Source of the DNA: Ginglymostoma cirratum
Taxonomy: Eukaryota
Direction of reading: 5' to 3'
DNA length: 64,000 nt
NCBI GenBank assembly: GCA_024137785.1
Contig: JAHRHZ010000105.1
Span: forward strand, 6,700,219-6,764,218
Numbering within the stretch: position 1 is the first letter of the stretch; every line of letters starts with the position of its first letter. This document shows, piece after piece, positions 51,531 to 63,710 of this stretch. The position numbers and the translations under genes were made by a program. The notes under the pieces are model-generated. The model saw only the letters and a list, made by a program, of their open reading frames with translations, was not told the DNA's origin and did not search any database.

Positions 51531-52744
51531 GTGAGTACTGCTTGCCTCCTTGCCCTAAGGCTTTAGCACTTCGACCTGTTAATTACCTGGGGTGAATGCA
51601 AGAATGCTAGTTGTATTTTTTGTGTGAATATACTTTCTATTTTCTTTGATTCCAACATGACTTGTGCCTGGTGATGTTATCATTTTTTTGTGAAGAGTAT
51701 GGATCCGATTCTGAAATAACAATGGCATTGTATGATTTTTCAATTGCAGCCATGTGGTTGCCTCTGTGTATTGTCATTATTGCGACATTTAAGGAAGGAT
51801 TCATTGAAAACAAGCCTCCAAGATTTAATGGCACACCTTCCAACAAAGGGTGTCTTTAACTTAGCACCAAAATGATTGTCAAAGGGCTGAGCTGGCACAG
51901 AATTTCTCTTGCAGTAAGATTCTTTTAAAGCTGATGTGGTATGTGCTGATACTTCTTTGTTCCCTAGCCCAATGCTCTCTGCTGTTGAAGGCAATGATTT
52001 ACGCTGAGAAACTTCCACTGATACTGTTACCTTTCCAGTACTTCATTCAACTTGCCATTTTTCTTGTGAAGCTATATATTGTTGAGAAAACATTCACTTG
52101 TCCTGAGATTGAACCAGTTCCGTACAACTTTTACATATTTGTAAGGCCGCTGGGTTTAAAAACCAAATTTGAAACCTTAGTTGACTTCTTGATGCCACAT
52201 ACACACAAACCCAAGACAGGAACAATGAGGCAATCTTACTGTTTCTAATCGTCTGCACTTCAGCTAAATCCACACAGACCTGGCATTGAGCTTGAAACTT
52301 TTGTGAATGGTGTGGCTCAGTGACCCATCCAATGGGGTCCATTACCAGCTGAACCAGTAGATAGATATGGAGTTTTTATATCTTTCACAAGAATAACTAA
52401 TTCAGTATTTCATTAAAAGGGGTGCCATGCTACAGGCATTAAGTATGTATAGAGTTTCATATACTGCTGAGAAATCTTGGATGGCTTGGGCTGTTCAACA
52501 GATCCCAACTGCTGTTTCAGTGTACAAATTACCATTACTCTGGACTTCTATTCTGGGTAACGTGAAGCTTCAGAGGGCATGAATTGGCCTTCCGAGGGGC
52601 ACTTTACTGCACAACTGGGTGCTTACCCTGTCCCTTCAAAGCAAAGCAAATCAAATCAAATAGACCCATTCAGGAAAAAAATGATTTGTAACGGTACAAC
52701 AATTGTGTCCAAGCTAACATACCAAACGAATGTTTCCATTTCAG

Positions 52745-52839
52745 GAACCAGAAGATCTGTTTGAAACCATTTCTCAGGCTATGCTGAATGCTGTGGATAG
52801 AGATGCTGTATCTGGTATGGGTGTCATCGTGCACATCAT
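52745..52839 (+). CDS. PSMB3: PSMB3 exon 5
   Basis: CAG|...|GTAAGT, 95 nt: [32 protein letters not shown]. Confidence 0.97.
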
Positions 52840-53699
52840 GTAAGTTTGGAACACTCTTGTGCAGTTAGTTTCAGCTTGACTGAAAGTTAAGCTTCAATTT
52901 AACAATCATAATAAAATCAGGTTAATAATGGCAGAAGGAAGTTTCCATATGTGTTAAACATTGTGCTATCAAAAGTATTTACACTGCTGGGTTGCTAGAC
53001 GGTGCTGCATGAACAAAATCAGTCCATGGGGAGGAAGGTTATGATATATATCCATGTATGTGACTTAACCAAGTGTAAGTTTGAGTTAGAGCCCCAGTGA
53101 GACAGATGTGAGTCCAACAGTCCCTTCTGCAGGAGTGGAGAGGATAGGGGTAATCTGAATTAATTTGGTGGTGATGATGAAGAATGTGTTAATAAGAAAG
53201 CTCCCAAGATGCTACATACTATCCACTTTCCAGTAGACCCAGTAACTTGGCCAGTAAGGAAAGCCTGTGGAAGAAAATAGAAGCCTTTGTAATATGGATG
53301 CTAAAATTTCAACACAGACTATAAGATGAATGATCCTGTTGAATGGCAGACCAGTTTTGAGAGGCCAAACTTACTCCTGTTCCGACTTATGGTCTTATTG
53401 AAACTGTCAGGTCAAAAGGAACACTTTAAAAATAACATCCAGCTAATATTTTGTTGTTTTGATCAGAGTTGAAAAGCTACAGCAATCTCTAAAGGGCAAA
53501 GTGGAGGATAGCGTGTAGAAGGGCCAGGCCAGATATTGTTGACTGATGGATATATTGGAGTGGTTGAAGATGAGTTACAGTAGATATGTGAGGATTACAC
53601 AGGAGAGAAGAGTATGTGCTACAACAGCAGATTTCCTAGCAGGAGCAGATACAAACAGTAACAGAAATTTATTACATGTACAGTACTTAATTATTGCAT

Positions 53700-53945
53700 G
53701 ACGTTCACTAAACTGACTCCGAGGATGAGGTAACTCTCCTGGGAGGGAAGATTGAGTAGATTAGACCTGTATTCTGTCGGGATTAGAAAACAGATAATCT
53801 TATCAAAACATAATCTTCTTGACAGTGCTATGAGGATGTTTCCCTTGCATGGCGACTCGTAGCATTAAGGAACAAAGTCTCAGAATAAGGTGTTGATCAT
53901 TCAGAATTGAGATGAGAAGGAATTTCTTCATTCAGAGGGTGAAGT
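53700..53945 (+). mobile_element. Decayed CR1 fragment
   Basis: GAGATGAGAAGGAATTTCTTCATTCAGAGGGT (RRNFFIQRV), typical of the CR1 ORF2 end. Confidence 0.65.
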
Positions 53946-54734
53946 TTTCCTGGCCTTGCAGTGGTTGGTATGGTCCAGAATTACTGGAAGTGGGGAGCTA
54001 CATAATGATGATTCCTGACATGTCCCTGCTGCTAGAAAAGCTTTCTAAGAGTGGACAACTATCCGCTGTGTTGACAGGAGCAGCCATTTACAGGCCGGAA
54101 CCCTTTATTCGCATATCTGAAAACTGAAGAGACCTAAAAATTAAAAGGTCTTTTGAAAGCAGGCCTGAACACTTGTTGTAGATCTGCGTCTGAAAACCAA
54201 AAATATCCTTTATCCGCAAACCAGTTGGCCCTAATATTTATGGATAAAGGATTCCTAACTTGTAAAATAGTTAAGGCCTCAATTGGGTCAGTTTTCAGCA
54301 AATGCTAGGGAAGCGGCCACTTGCCATGTGTGGTAGCTAGCTCAGCAGAGCAGGCTATAGGACTGTCAGAGCTAGATTCCAGGAAAAGCTATGTGCACAA
54401 CCTGAGTGATTGCTCCACTTTTCATTCCAATGGCCTACTGGTTTCATCCCTTAAAAATTTTGATTGGACCTGATCCATACCTCTGAGGGTATGGCTATGT
54501 TCTGGCAGCCACATCATGGACCCTAGAACACAAATGCTCGCATTGTCCATGGCAATGCCTTTACCAAGCAGAGGCCACTTGCCAGTCGGCGTTCTTCTCT
54601 CATACCACAACATGGTTTTGTCATGAACTGGTATTCTTGTGTATTGTCCTCCCAAGTATAAGATGAAAAGCTTTGATAAAATATCTTTTTGTCAACAATA
54701 CCAAAGTAAATAGTTCAGGGAGCAGTCAACCTGT

Positions 54735-56170
54735 TTAAGAAGTGAGGGAGGGAATTATAGGGTGGTTAGCCTGACCTCTCGTTGGTAAGATTTTAGAATC
54801 CATTATTACACATGAGATTGCGGAGTACTTGGAAGTGCATGGTAAAATAGGGCTGAGGCATCACAGCTTCGTTAAGGGGAGGTCATGCCTGACAAGTCTG
54901 TTAGAATTCTTTGAGGAGGTAATGAGCAAGTTGGACAGAGGAGAGCCAGTGGCTGTAATCTATTTATATTTCCAGGAGGCTGCTAAATAAGATAAGAGCT
55001 CACACTGTTAGGTGCAAGTTGCTGGCATGAATAGAGGATTGGCTGACTTGCAGAAGGCAGAGAATAGAGATAAAGGGGTCTTTTTCAGGAGTTCTGCAGG
55101 TGTCAGTGTTGGGACCACAACTGCTCACATTATACATTAACGATCTGGAAGAAGGAACTGAGGCAGATGGCACAAAAATAGGTGGAGGGACAGGTAGCAT
55201 TGAGGAAGCAGGGAGGCTGCAGAAGGACTTGAACAGGCTAGGAGAGTGACAAAGAAGGGGCAAATGGAATACAATGTAGGAAAGTGTGAGGTTAGGCACT
55301 TTGGTTGTAAGAATGCAGGAGTAGACTTTTCTAAATGGGGAAAGGCTTCAGAAATCTGAAGCACAAAGGGACATGGGAATCCTAGTTCAGGATTCTCTTA
55401 AGGTTATATCAGAGATAAAAGGTACTGCAGATGCTGGAGAATCCGAGATAATAAGCATGGGGCTGGATGAACACAGCAGGTCAAGCAGCACCATAGGAGC
55501 AGGAAAACTTGACGTTCCGGGCCTAAACCCTTCTGAAGGGTTTAGGCCTGAAACGTCAAGTTTTCCTGCTCCTATGATGCTGCTTGACCTTCTCTTAAGG
55601 TTAATTTAGCAATTAGGAAGGCAAATACAGTGTCAGCATTCAGGAAGGTTATACTATAAGAGCAGGGATGTATTGCTGAGGGCTGCATTTCTAAGGAAGA
55701 ATATGCCAGTGTTGGAGGGGCCCATCGGAGGATAACATGGATGATCCTGAGGGTGAATGGCTTGTCATATGTGGAATGGTTCAGGACTGTGGGTCTATTC
55801 TGGGTTGAGTTTAGGAAGAGGTGGGGGCCTGATCAAAAATTACACAATACTGACAGCCTTGGATAGAGTGGATGTGGAGAAAGTGCTCTCAGTAGTAGGA
55901 CAGACTCGGAACTGAGGGCACAGCCTCAGAGTGAAGGGATGATGAAGAATTTCATTAGCCAGAGCGTGATGAATCTGTGGAACTCATTGCTGCAGAGGGC
56001 TGTGGAGGCCAAGTCAGTGTATTTGAGCCAGAGATAGGTTCTTCATTAGTTAGGGATCAGAGGTTACAGGGAGAAGGCAGGAAAATGGTGTTGAAAATCA
56101 CTTCAGACATGATTGAATGGTAGAGCAGAGTCAATGGGCTGACTGGTCTAATTCTGCTCTTATTGTACAG
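54735..56170 (+). mobile_element. Decayed CR1 LINE (RT remnant to 3' end) in PSMB3 intron 5
   Basis: GGGAATTATAGG..GTTAGCCTGAC, GGGAGGTCATGCCTGAC, GTGTTGGGACCACAACT and ATTAACGATCTGGA are CR1 RT motifs; frameshifted. Confidence 0.85.
55407..55589. mobile_element. Fold-back family-A mini Penelope nested in the CR1
   Basis: TSD TTCTCTTAAGGTTA at 55393-55406 and 55590-55603; arms invert at 55533. Confidence 0.88.
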
Positions 56171-56227
56171 TTCCTGTTAAGTTCATAATTGTTCGGGAAC
56201 ATTTCATTCAGTCGAGAGAGAGCGAGC

Positions 56228-56630
56228 AGCGAGTTATACAGCACAGAAACAAACCTTCGGTCCAACTCGTCCACGCCGAACAGATGTCCTACTGATCTAG
56301 CCCCATTTGGTTCACATCTGTCTAAACCCTTCCTATTCATGTACCCATGCAGATGCCTTTTAAATGTTGTAATTGTACCCACCACCTCTAGCAGCTCATT
56401 CTATACATACATCACCCTCTGTGTGAAAAGGTTGCCCCTCAGGTCTCTATCAAATCTTTTCCCTCTCACTTTAAACCTGTGCCCTCTGATTTAGGACTCC
56501 CCTACCCTGGGATAACAACTTTTGCTATTCACCTTAGCCATGTCCCTCATGATTTTATAGACCTCTAACGGGTCACCCCTCAGCCTCTCCCTGTATCTCA
56601 AACCCTTCAATCCTGGTAACATCTTTCCTA
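56228..56630 (-). mobile_element. CR1 3' fragment, tail-to-tail with the previous copy
   Basis: ORF remnants RERLRGDPLEVYKIMR and TFKRHLHGYMNRKGL. Confidence 0.8.
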
Positions 56631-57062
56631 TAGTATCATTTTCTTTGACCTGTCCCGGTTTCAGATTGAATTTGCTGTAATCCGGCAAACTGCTTCAGCA
56701 GCAACCTGTCACCCTCCTGCAGACATGGGTGTATATAGAACATTTTGTTTCCATCAGCATGATACAGAAGTAGGCTATGTGGCCCATTGCGCCTGTCCCC
56801 ACACTCTGAACAGCTCTACAAGTGGTGCTGAACACTAAGTTTAACTACAGTATCTCCACATCCCTTTCCAAATATACCCAGTTCCCTTTTGAATGTCTAA
56901 AAATCTGCTTCTACCATTCCTTTTGTATGCCAGATTATGACAACTAACTAACTGTCTCTAACATAATCCCAAAGGGATGTTTTCCCACCTAGATTACCCT
57001 CTAACTGCCAGCCATCTACCTCGTTATATCCTATTATTTTACCTTTGTTTTCTTTGTTGCAG

Positions 57063-57111
57063 TGAAAAAGACAAGATTACCACCAGAACATTAAAAGCTC
57101 GTATGGATTAA
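57063..57111 (+). CDS. PSMB3: PSMB3 exon 6 (last coding exon)
   Basis: CAG| EKDKITTRTLKARMD, TAA at 57109-57111. Total CDS 3+185+108+178+95+49 = 618 nt. Confidence 0.98.
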
Positions 57112-57291
57112 AAGCAAAACTTCTGTAACCGACTTTGCAATACAATGTTTTTGTTTAATTGTAGTTTCTCTTCTGACACACCTGAAACAGCAGGAGATTG
57201 TCAGTCAATCTAAGAATTTTAATGGAATAACTTTTCATATTCTGTTCAGCAGTCATTGAGTATTCTGTTTATATGATGTGTGTAATTCAAA

Positions 57292-57297
57292 AATAAA
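57292..57297 (+). terminator. PSMB3: PSMB3 polyadenylation signal AATAAA
   Basis: First AATAAA, about 180 nt after the stop, followed by a T/GT-rich stretch. Confidence 0.75.
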
Positions 57298-57388
57298 CTA
57301 GTTATATAACACGGAACATCTTAAGTACAGATTTGTTTAATATTCCTCTTACCTACTGACTGTGGTAAGCTATAAAAGTACGTTGATT

Positions 57389-57394
57389 TTTATT
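57389..57394 (-). terminator. PIP4K2B: Candidate distal PIP4K2B polyadenylation signal
   Basis: TTTATT on + (AATAAA on -). Alternatives at about 58416-58421 and 60446-60451. Confidence 0.5.
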
Positions 57395-57499
57395 TACAAA
57401 ACAATCTTTCTTTGGGGTCAGGGAAAAAGAATTCAGAACAAGCAGCCACCCACAATTTTAATGGATCCATAATAACCCATTGTTGGTGTTTAGATGAAT

Positions 57500-57740
57500 A
57501 CATATCTTAGAACCTTCCAAAGTACTTTAAAGCCAATCTAGTACTTTCTAAAAGTCCTAGTTCCCTGTTTTAATGTAGGAAATACAATGAGCAATTTGTG
57601 CACATCAAACCCGCACAAATAACAAGCAATAAGGTCTGTTTTGAGGAATAAACAGGGACCAAGATGTTAGAGAATTTCTGTACTCCTAAAACAAATGCCA
57701 CAAGACTTTTTCATCCATGAGGGATAAACTGGGTCTAATG
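57500..57740 (-). mobile_element. Old Deu-type SINE fragment in the probable PIP4K2B 3'UTR
   Basis: CCAAAGTACTTTAAAGCCAAT...AATGTAGGAAA...CAATTTGTGCACA. Confidence 0.55.
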
Positions 57741-58779
57741 CTTCACCCACTTCTGCATGATTTGAATGGAGAGATTACCCAAAAAGTCCGTGACCTTTGA
57801 AGAAATGGCAGAAAGGGTATGAAAGAAAAATCCAGGGACATTTGCAGGGTAATGGAATCTGCTAAAAACTCAAACATCTCTCAGAATCTCACTGTATTTG
57901 GATCTGATTCAGTTGTACTCAGCTTAGTGACAACTAGTGGGAGAGTTAACCATCATCCGATTGGACCAGTGCAGTTTTACAAAAACATGTTTTTTATTTG
58001 TAAGCTTTGGTATTACTGCAATGAGTTTAAACACTGTCACCGTGACTCCCAAACACAGCATTACAAATTATTACAGTTAAACTCCTGATAAATGAATAAC
58101 TGGTCAAACCAAAATCTTTGCATTAACGCTGATAATTTCCACTGTGGAACAGACAGATGTCTACAAGTTTGAATGTGTGTGTTGCAACCCAAAGATAAAC
58201 TGGGTTTGGGCTAATACGCTGACACTTACTGAGATGTACCACCTGTGGAATTTGGTGAGTTCCTAGTGCTTTCAGTCATAAGTCACATGATCTTGGATTT
58301 CCTTGAGGATATGTTGATTTTTTTTTTGTTTGGTTTAGACATCTGAAACAAGGAGTGAAGTAAGAAACCTGGTGGAAGAACAAAATGATATCTCCACTGG
58401 GATGACACTGTCAGATTTATTAAAACCAACAGGAAATAGGAAAAAATGAATGTTGGAGGTCCTGACTTGTCAAATACAAAGGTCTGGTCCTAAGAGACAA
58501 TAGCACTGTTTGAATGTGGGTGGATATTTTGCCTAATGTGGTAGAACTGGACAGTCCTGAATTAGCCAGCTTCAACATTGATAGTAATGGAAACAAAAGT
58601 AAACTTGTTCTCCTTACCCTTGGGAGGGATTAAAAACCTTTAAATAGGTGGCTACTACAAGACAGTGCCTATGGTACCATGGCATTCATGGCCGAATTAC
58701 CTACTCTTAGTCACCATCTGGTCTCGCATGTGGAAAATGGTCTATTTGGGTGAGGTATGGGAGGGGAGTTACTATTTAT

Positions 58780-58898
58780 TATAGAATCCCTACAGTGTGG
58801 AAACAGGCCCTTCGGCCCAACAAGTCCACACTGACCCTCAAAGCAGCCCATCCAGACCTATCCTGCATAACCCACCTAATCTACACATCCCTGAACTC
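58780..58898 (-). mobile_element. HE1 SINE 3' fragment
   Basis: ATAGAATCCCTACAGTGTGGAAACAGGCCCTTCGGCCCAACAAGTCCACACTGACC. Confidence 0.8.
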
Positions 58899-61017
58899 GG
58901 GCATGGTCTCCAGTGGGCATCCACAGTGACTGAAGCAAGAACAACTTCTTGATTTCAAAAAATTTTAAAATCCATTAAAAAATTATGTTCTTTCTGCTGT
59001 TAACTTTTGAAAGTTGCGTGTCCTCACATCACCAGTGACATGTTGTATGAATACCATGAGAACATCCTCCAAATCTTGTAAAATATAACCCCATGGAAGT
59101 TAACAAACCGCAATGGACTGGACTGAGCAGCTGTTCAACTGAAGTATTTTATGTAAGGTCCAGATTATATACATGAGTTATGCCTGCATCAGGAACTATC
59201 CACATGTGAAACAGAAATCATTTGGCATTCTGAAAATCAAAGCTTGGATCAGATGTGCACTTACCCTGATACAACTGAATTTGGACTGAAATTTTAATGT
59301 TCCTTTACTTCATCCTTTACAGTTTTGAATTAGCTACAGCTGCACTAGAACTTTTATAACATACAGTGTACTAAATTGTACATTTTGTTCCAGCAACAAA
59401 GGATGTCAGGTGTGTGTTCAAATAATGTAATGTTTACACCTCTAACACTCTGTCTACTGTTCTCAATTACAAACTTGACTGATCACTTAGTAAAATGGCC
59501 CCTGTCCTTTTAGTACAGAAGACTTATGTATTAAAAACAATCCATAGAAAATAATAGGTTAGTGAGGATTCAAACATTAATTTGTAGTCTCTTTGTTGAT
59601 CTGAGGCATGTACATATCTATTAGTGATCACTTAGTCACTGCCAAATGCAGATTAATCTCACCTGCAGTATCCCTCCTTTAATATGTGTTAAGCTATACA
59701 TAACAGCAATACACAAAATTGTTATTTCAAGGGTTAAAGTGCCAATCAATTCCTTCTAATGGTTCTTGCAAGCAACAATTAAATGGTTCAAATTTGATGC
59801 TTGCCTGCTTTAATCATATGTTTTCATATACCCAGAATGTTCTTTTAAAACATCACAATATTGCTACAGCATTTTCATAATATTTCAGGCTTGTTAAGGA
59901 TTCAAAAATTGACAATCGGGTAGTTTTACAAAAGCACTACCAAGTAACATTATTGTCACAGCTACCTCTTTGTAACAAGATTCAACAGCAAATAGCAATA
60001 CTTTGTTGAGAGAAGTTGAGTCTTTTAAAAAGTCCCTTACAAAGGAGTTAGCTCTTTTAAAAAAAAAATCACTTTTTTACTCATGTCTATTGACCTAGCA
60101 GACAAAATGCCACAGTGTCCAAATAATTAGCTTAAAGCACAATTACAGACTGTACTCTTTTATCAAGCCAAGTAGCTCACATCGAAGTAAACGCGAGCCC
60201 TCCTGCTGAGTAACAAATAAAAGTAAACTTTTAGAATACATTAGGAATGCCGCAAAGCCAAATGGTTTACCCAAATCACATCTGATGGATTGATGGCTGT
60301 TCCACACACTGCATAATCAGATGCAGACTCGATCTGGATATGTGGCATCCTATTGTAAATTTTCACTTGAGTAAACATTGCCCCCTCCCTCCCTCCCTTA
60401 CCTGCCCACCCTTAACGAACAATAGCTTATATATAGTTGCGTTGGTTTATTGATAAAGTTGCTGAAGTCCTTTTTTTTGCGATTAAACAATATGGCAACT
60501 TAAAACATTTGAGAAACAGCGTGGCAAAGGCCTGGCAATGGCGAAACCAGGGTTGGGACGAGTGCAGCGTCACAAAGATACACGCAAATAATACCGTGCC
60601 TTTGCTCCATTAGGACAATATATGAACTGTTTAAAAAAAAAAGTGATTCTTGCCATTGTTAAAGTGCCCATCGTCCTTCACTGCGTTCAAGTGCCCACCT
60701 TCTGGTTTTAGGATTTATACAGCATGTCTCACCATGGCTAACGGAGTGCCACTGAAGCTGCCGCCAGTAAAGACACACTCATAATACATGGCAGGGAAAA
60801 CTTCAAGAGCAATGCAACATTTCAGGCAATGCAGGTTTGCCAGCAAGTTTTTTTTTTGTTGTGTTTTTGTTTTATTTCCAAAGGATGCAATTTTGGAGAT
60901 TAGTCTCTGCACATTGAATACTGCACGCACCACTACAGCGTCCTCAGTTTTCATGTTCCTGCATTCGCTACACATTGGTAGTCTCGTTGTGCGTGTCATG
61001 TGTTGTCTACAGGGGCA

Positions 61018-61098
61018 CTATGTTATGATGTTAGACATAAATTCCAAGAAACGCTTTGAGTACTGTTCGGGGTTAACGGTGGAGATCTCGGCACCAGC
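61018..61098 (-). CDS. PIP4K2B: PIP4K2B last coding exon (phosphatidylinositol-5-phosphate 4-kinase type-2 beta); upstream exons lie right of the window
   Basis: TTGCAG| [26 protein letters not shown] then TAG. The EFMSNI ending fits beta rather than alpha (DFIGHI). Convergent with PSMB3 as in human. Confidence 0.93.
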   Translation of the reverse strand, partial: AGAEISTVNPEQYSKRFLEFMSNIIT

Positions 61099-61819
61099 CT
61101 GCAACACATAAGGAAACAAGGCATTAATCTAAACGATATCTGTGCTCATGAAATTATGAATCCTTAACCAGCAAACAGAAGAAACTGAAAAGTAAAATGG
61201 TTACAGCTTCCTTTTCATGAAACCATAACTAGTTAAGCAGGTTTGATCATTTATTCACCATGTCCCCAAAGATATTGTTCCACAACTGCTTCCCCCCATC
61301 CAACTCGCACCACATTATCTAATGTCCAAGCTGCACCCTGAAAGACAATTGATTCATGCTGTGTACAGTTTGTCATAATCCTTTAGTATTCTTCGAGTGA
61401 GGTTAGACAATGTGTACCAAACATGCTAATCAAATGTGTACAGAATAACAAAATTAGTCTGATCTGAACCACACCTGATACTGCTGTACAAATTTATGCA
61501 ATCCTTCCGCATCTCCTCAGTTACTGAAAACGAGAAAGGTTCTCTTGAAGTTTCTCATCCAAAAATAGGGAGATAAAAATATTCGTTTAGTGGCTGACTC
61601 AGTTGTGCCATTAGCTTTGGTTCATTCTATCAATCTAGATACTGTTAATCTTGAATGTTTATAATAATAGAATCATAGGTGGTTTTCATTACAGAAAGAA
61701 GTCACCTGGCCCATCATGTCTGTGTTGGCTGAAAAGCGAGACGTCCAGCCTAATCCCGCTTAAAAGCATTTCACCTATAGCCCAGGTTGTTTCATTTGAG
61801 ATGCATGCTAGGGATTAAC

Positions 61820-61990
61820 TTGTAAAGGCAGCAAATGGAACACTGTTGTTCATTGGAAAGTGGATGGAATACAAAAGTAGGGAAGTTTTACCGCAACTGT
61901 ACAGGTCCTTGGTGAGACTATACCTGAAGCACTGTGTTCAGTTTTGGTCTCCTTACTCGAGAAAGGAAATAATTGCATTAGAAGTAGTTG
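61820..61990 (+). mobile_element. Decayed CR1 fragment
   Basis: EYKSREV..QLYRSLVR..L.HCVQFWSPY, a CR1 ORF2 motif. Confidence 0.8.
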
Positions 61991-62171
61991 CGAAAATAGA
62001 TCAGACTCCCTCAACAGTCACTTCATAATGTAATGCACTAAATTAGGAACAAATTGCTGATCTGACCTGATATGTGCTGTTAAAATTAGCAATTGTGTAC
62101 TTTTGCTCCTTTTGTGTAAAATAACAGTACATTTGTCAACCCTTTTGTCTAATCAAATAAATAATTTGGCT

Positions 62172-63710
62172 CAGAGATAATAGGAACTGCAGATGCTGGA
62201 GAATCCGAGATAACAAGGTGTGGAGCTGGACGAACACAGCAGGCCAAGCAGCAGAGGAGCAGGAAAGCTTGACGTTCCGGGCCTAGACCCTTCATCAGAA
62301 ATGGGGGACGGGTAGGGGGTTCTGAAATAAATAGGGAGAGAGGGGGAGGCGGAAAGAAGATGGATAGAGGAGAAGACAGGTGGAGAGGAGACAGACAAGT
62401 CAAAGAGGCGGGGATGGAGCCAGTAAAGGTGAGTGTAGGTGGGGAGGTAGGGAGGCGATCGGTCAGTCCAGGGAGGACGGACAGGTCAAGGGGGCTGGAT
62501 GAGGTTAGTAGGTAGGAAATGGGGGTGCGGCTTGAGGTGGGAGGAGGGGATAGGTGAGAGGAAGAACAGGTTAGGGAGGCGGGGACGAGCTGGGCTGGTT
62601 TTGGGATGCAGTTGGGGGAGGGGAGATTTTGAAGCTTATAAAATCTACATTGATACCATTGGACTGCAGGGTTCCCAAGGGGAATATGATTTGCTGTTCC
62701 TGCAGCCTTCGGGTGGCATCATTGTGGCACTGCAGGAGGCCCAGGATGGACATGTCGTCTGAGGAATGGGAGGGGGAGTTGAAATGGTTCGCGACTGGGA
62801 GGTGCAGTTGTTTGTTGCGAACTGAGCGCAGGTGTTCTGCAAAGCGGTCCCCAAGCCTCCGCTTGGTTTCCCTGATGTAGAGGAGGCCACAATGGGTACA
62901 GCAGAAGCAGTATACCACATTAGCAGATGTGCAGGTGAACATCTGCCTAATGTGTAAAGCCTTCTTCGGGCCTGGGATGGGGGTGAGGGAGGAGGTGTGG
63001 GGGCAGGTTCCTGCGGTTGCAGGGAAAGTGCCGGGTGTGGTGGGGCTGGAGGGGTGTGTGGAGTGGACAAGGGAGTCACGGAGTGAGTGGTCCCTCCAGA
63101 AGGCAGATAAGGGTGGGGAGGGAAAAACGTCTTTGGTGGTGGGGTCGCATTGCAGATGGCAGAAGTGTCGGCGGATGTTGCATTGGATCTGGAGGTTGGT
63201 GGGGTGGTACGTGAGGACAAGGGGGATTATGTTTTGGTTGTTATTGCGGGGACGGGGTGTGAGGGATGAGTTGTGGGAAATGCAGGAGACACGGTCGAGG
63301 GCGTTCTCGACCACTGTGGGGGGGAAGTTGCGGTCCTTGAAGAACGAGGACATCTGAGATGTACGGGAGTGGAGTGCCTCATCTTGGGAGCAGATGCGGC
63401 AGAGGCAAAGGAGTAGGGGATGGCATTTTTTGCAGGAAGGTGGGTGGGAAGAGGTGTATTCTAGGTAGTTGTGGGAGTCGGTGGGCTTGAAATGGAAATC
63501 TGTTTCCAGGTGGTTGCCCGAGATGGAGACAGAGAGTTCCAGGAAGGTGAGAGGGGTGTTAGAGATGGTCCAGGTGAGCTTAGGGTTGGGGTGGAAGGTG
63601 TTGGTGAAGTGGATGAACTGTTCGAGCTCCTCGTGGGAGCACGAGGCGGCGCCGATACAGTCATCAATGTAACGGAGGAACCCTGCCCAAGCTCCACACC
63701 TTGTTATCTC
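62172..63710 (-). mobile_element. Penelope-like retroelement, 5'-truncated, in the last PIP4K2B intron
   Basis: Minus strand from 63680 reads FLRYIDDCIGAAS...FKPTDSHNYL (RT). ORF 62571-63353 has CTSANVVYCFCC..CGLLYI.ETKRRL..RF.EH (GIY-YIG). Frameshifted. TSD TAAATAATTTGGCT at 62158-62171 and 63711-63724. Confidence 0.95.

Noticed and set aside
15661-55603. Inverted repeats read as CRISPR, pre-miRNA or DNA-transposon TIRs
   Set aside because: The sequence is eukaryotic, the copies are dispersed without spacers, and they match the terminus of the Penelope element at 62172.
60917-60923. miR-200b/c/429 seed match (CAGTATT on minus) in the PIP4K2B 3'UTR
   Set aside because: A single 7-mer is expected by chance; needs conservation data.
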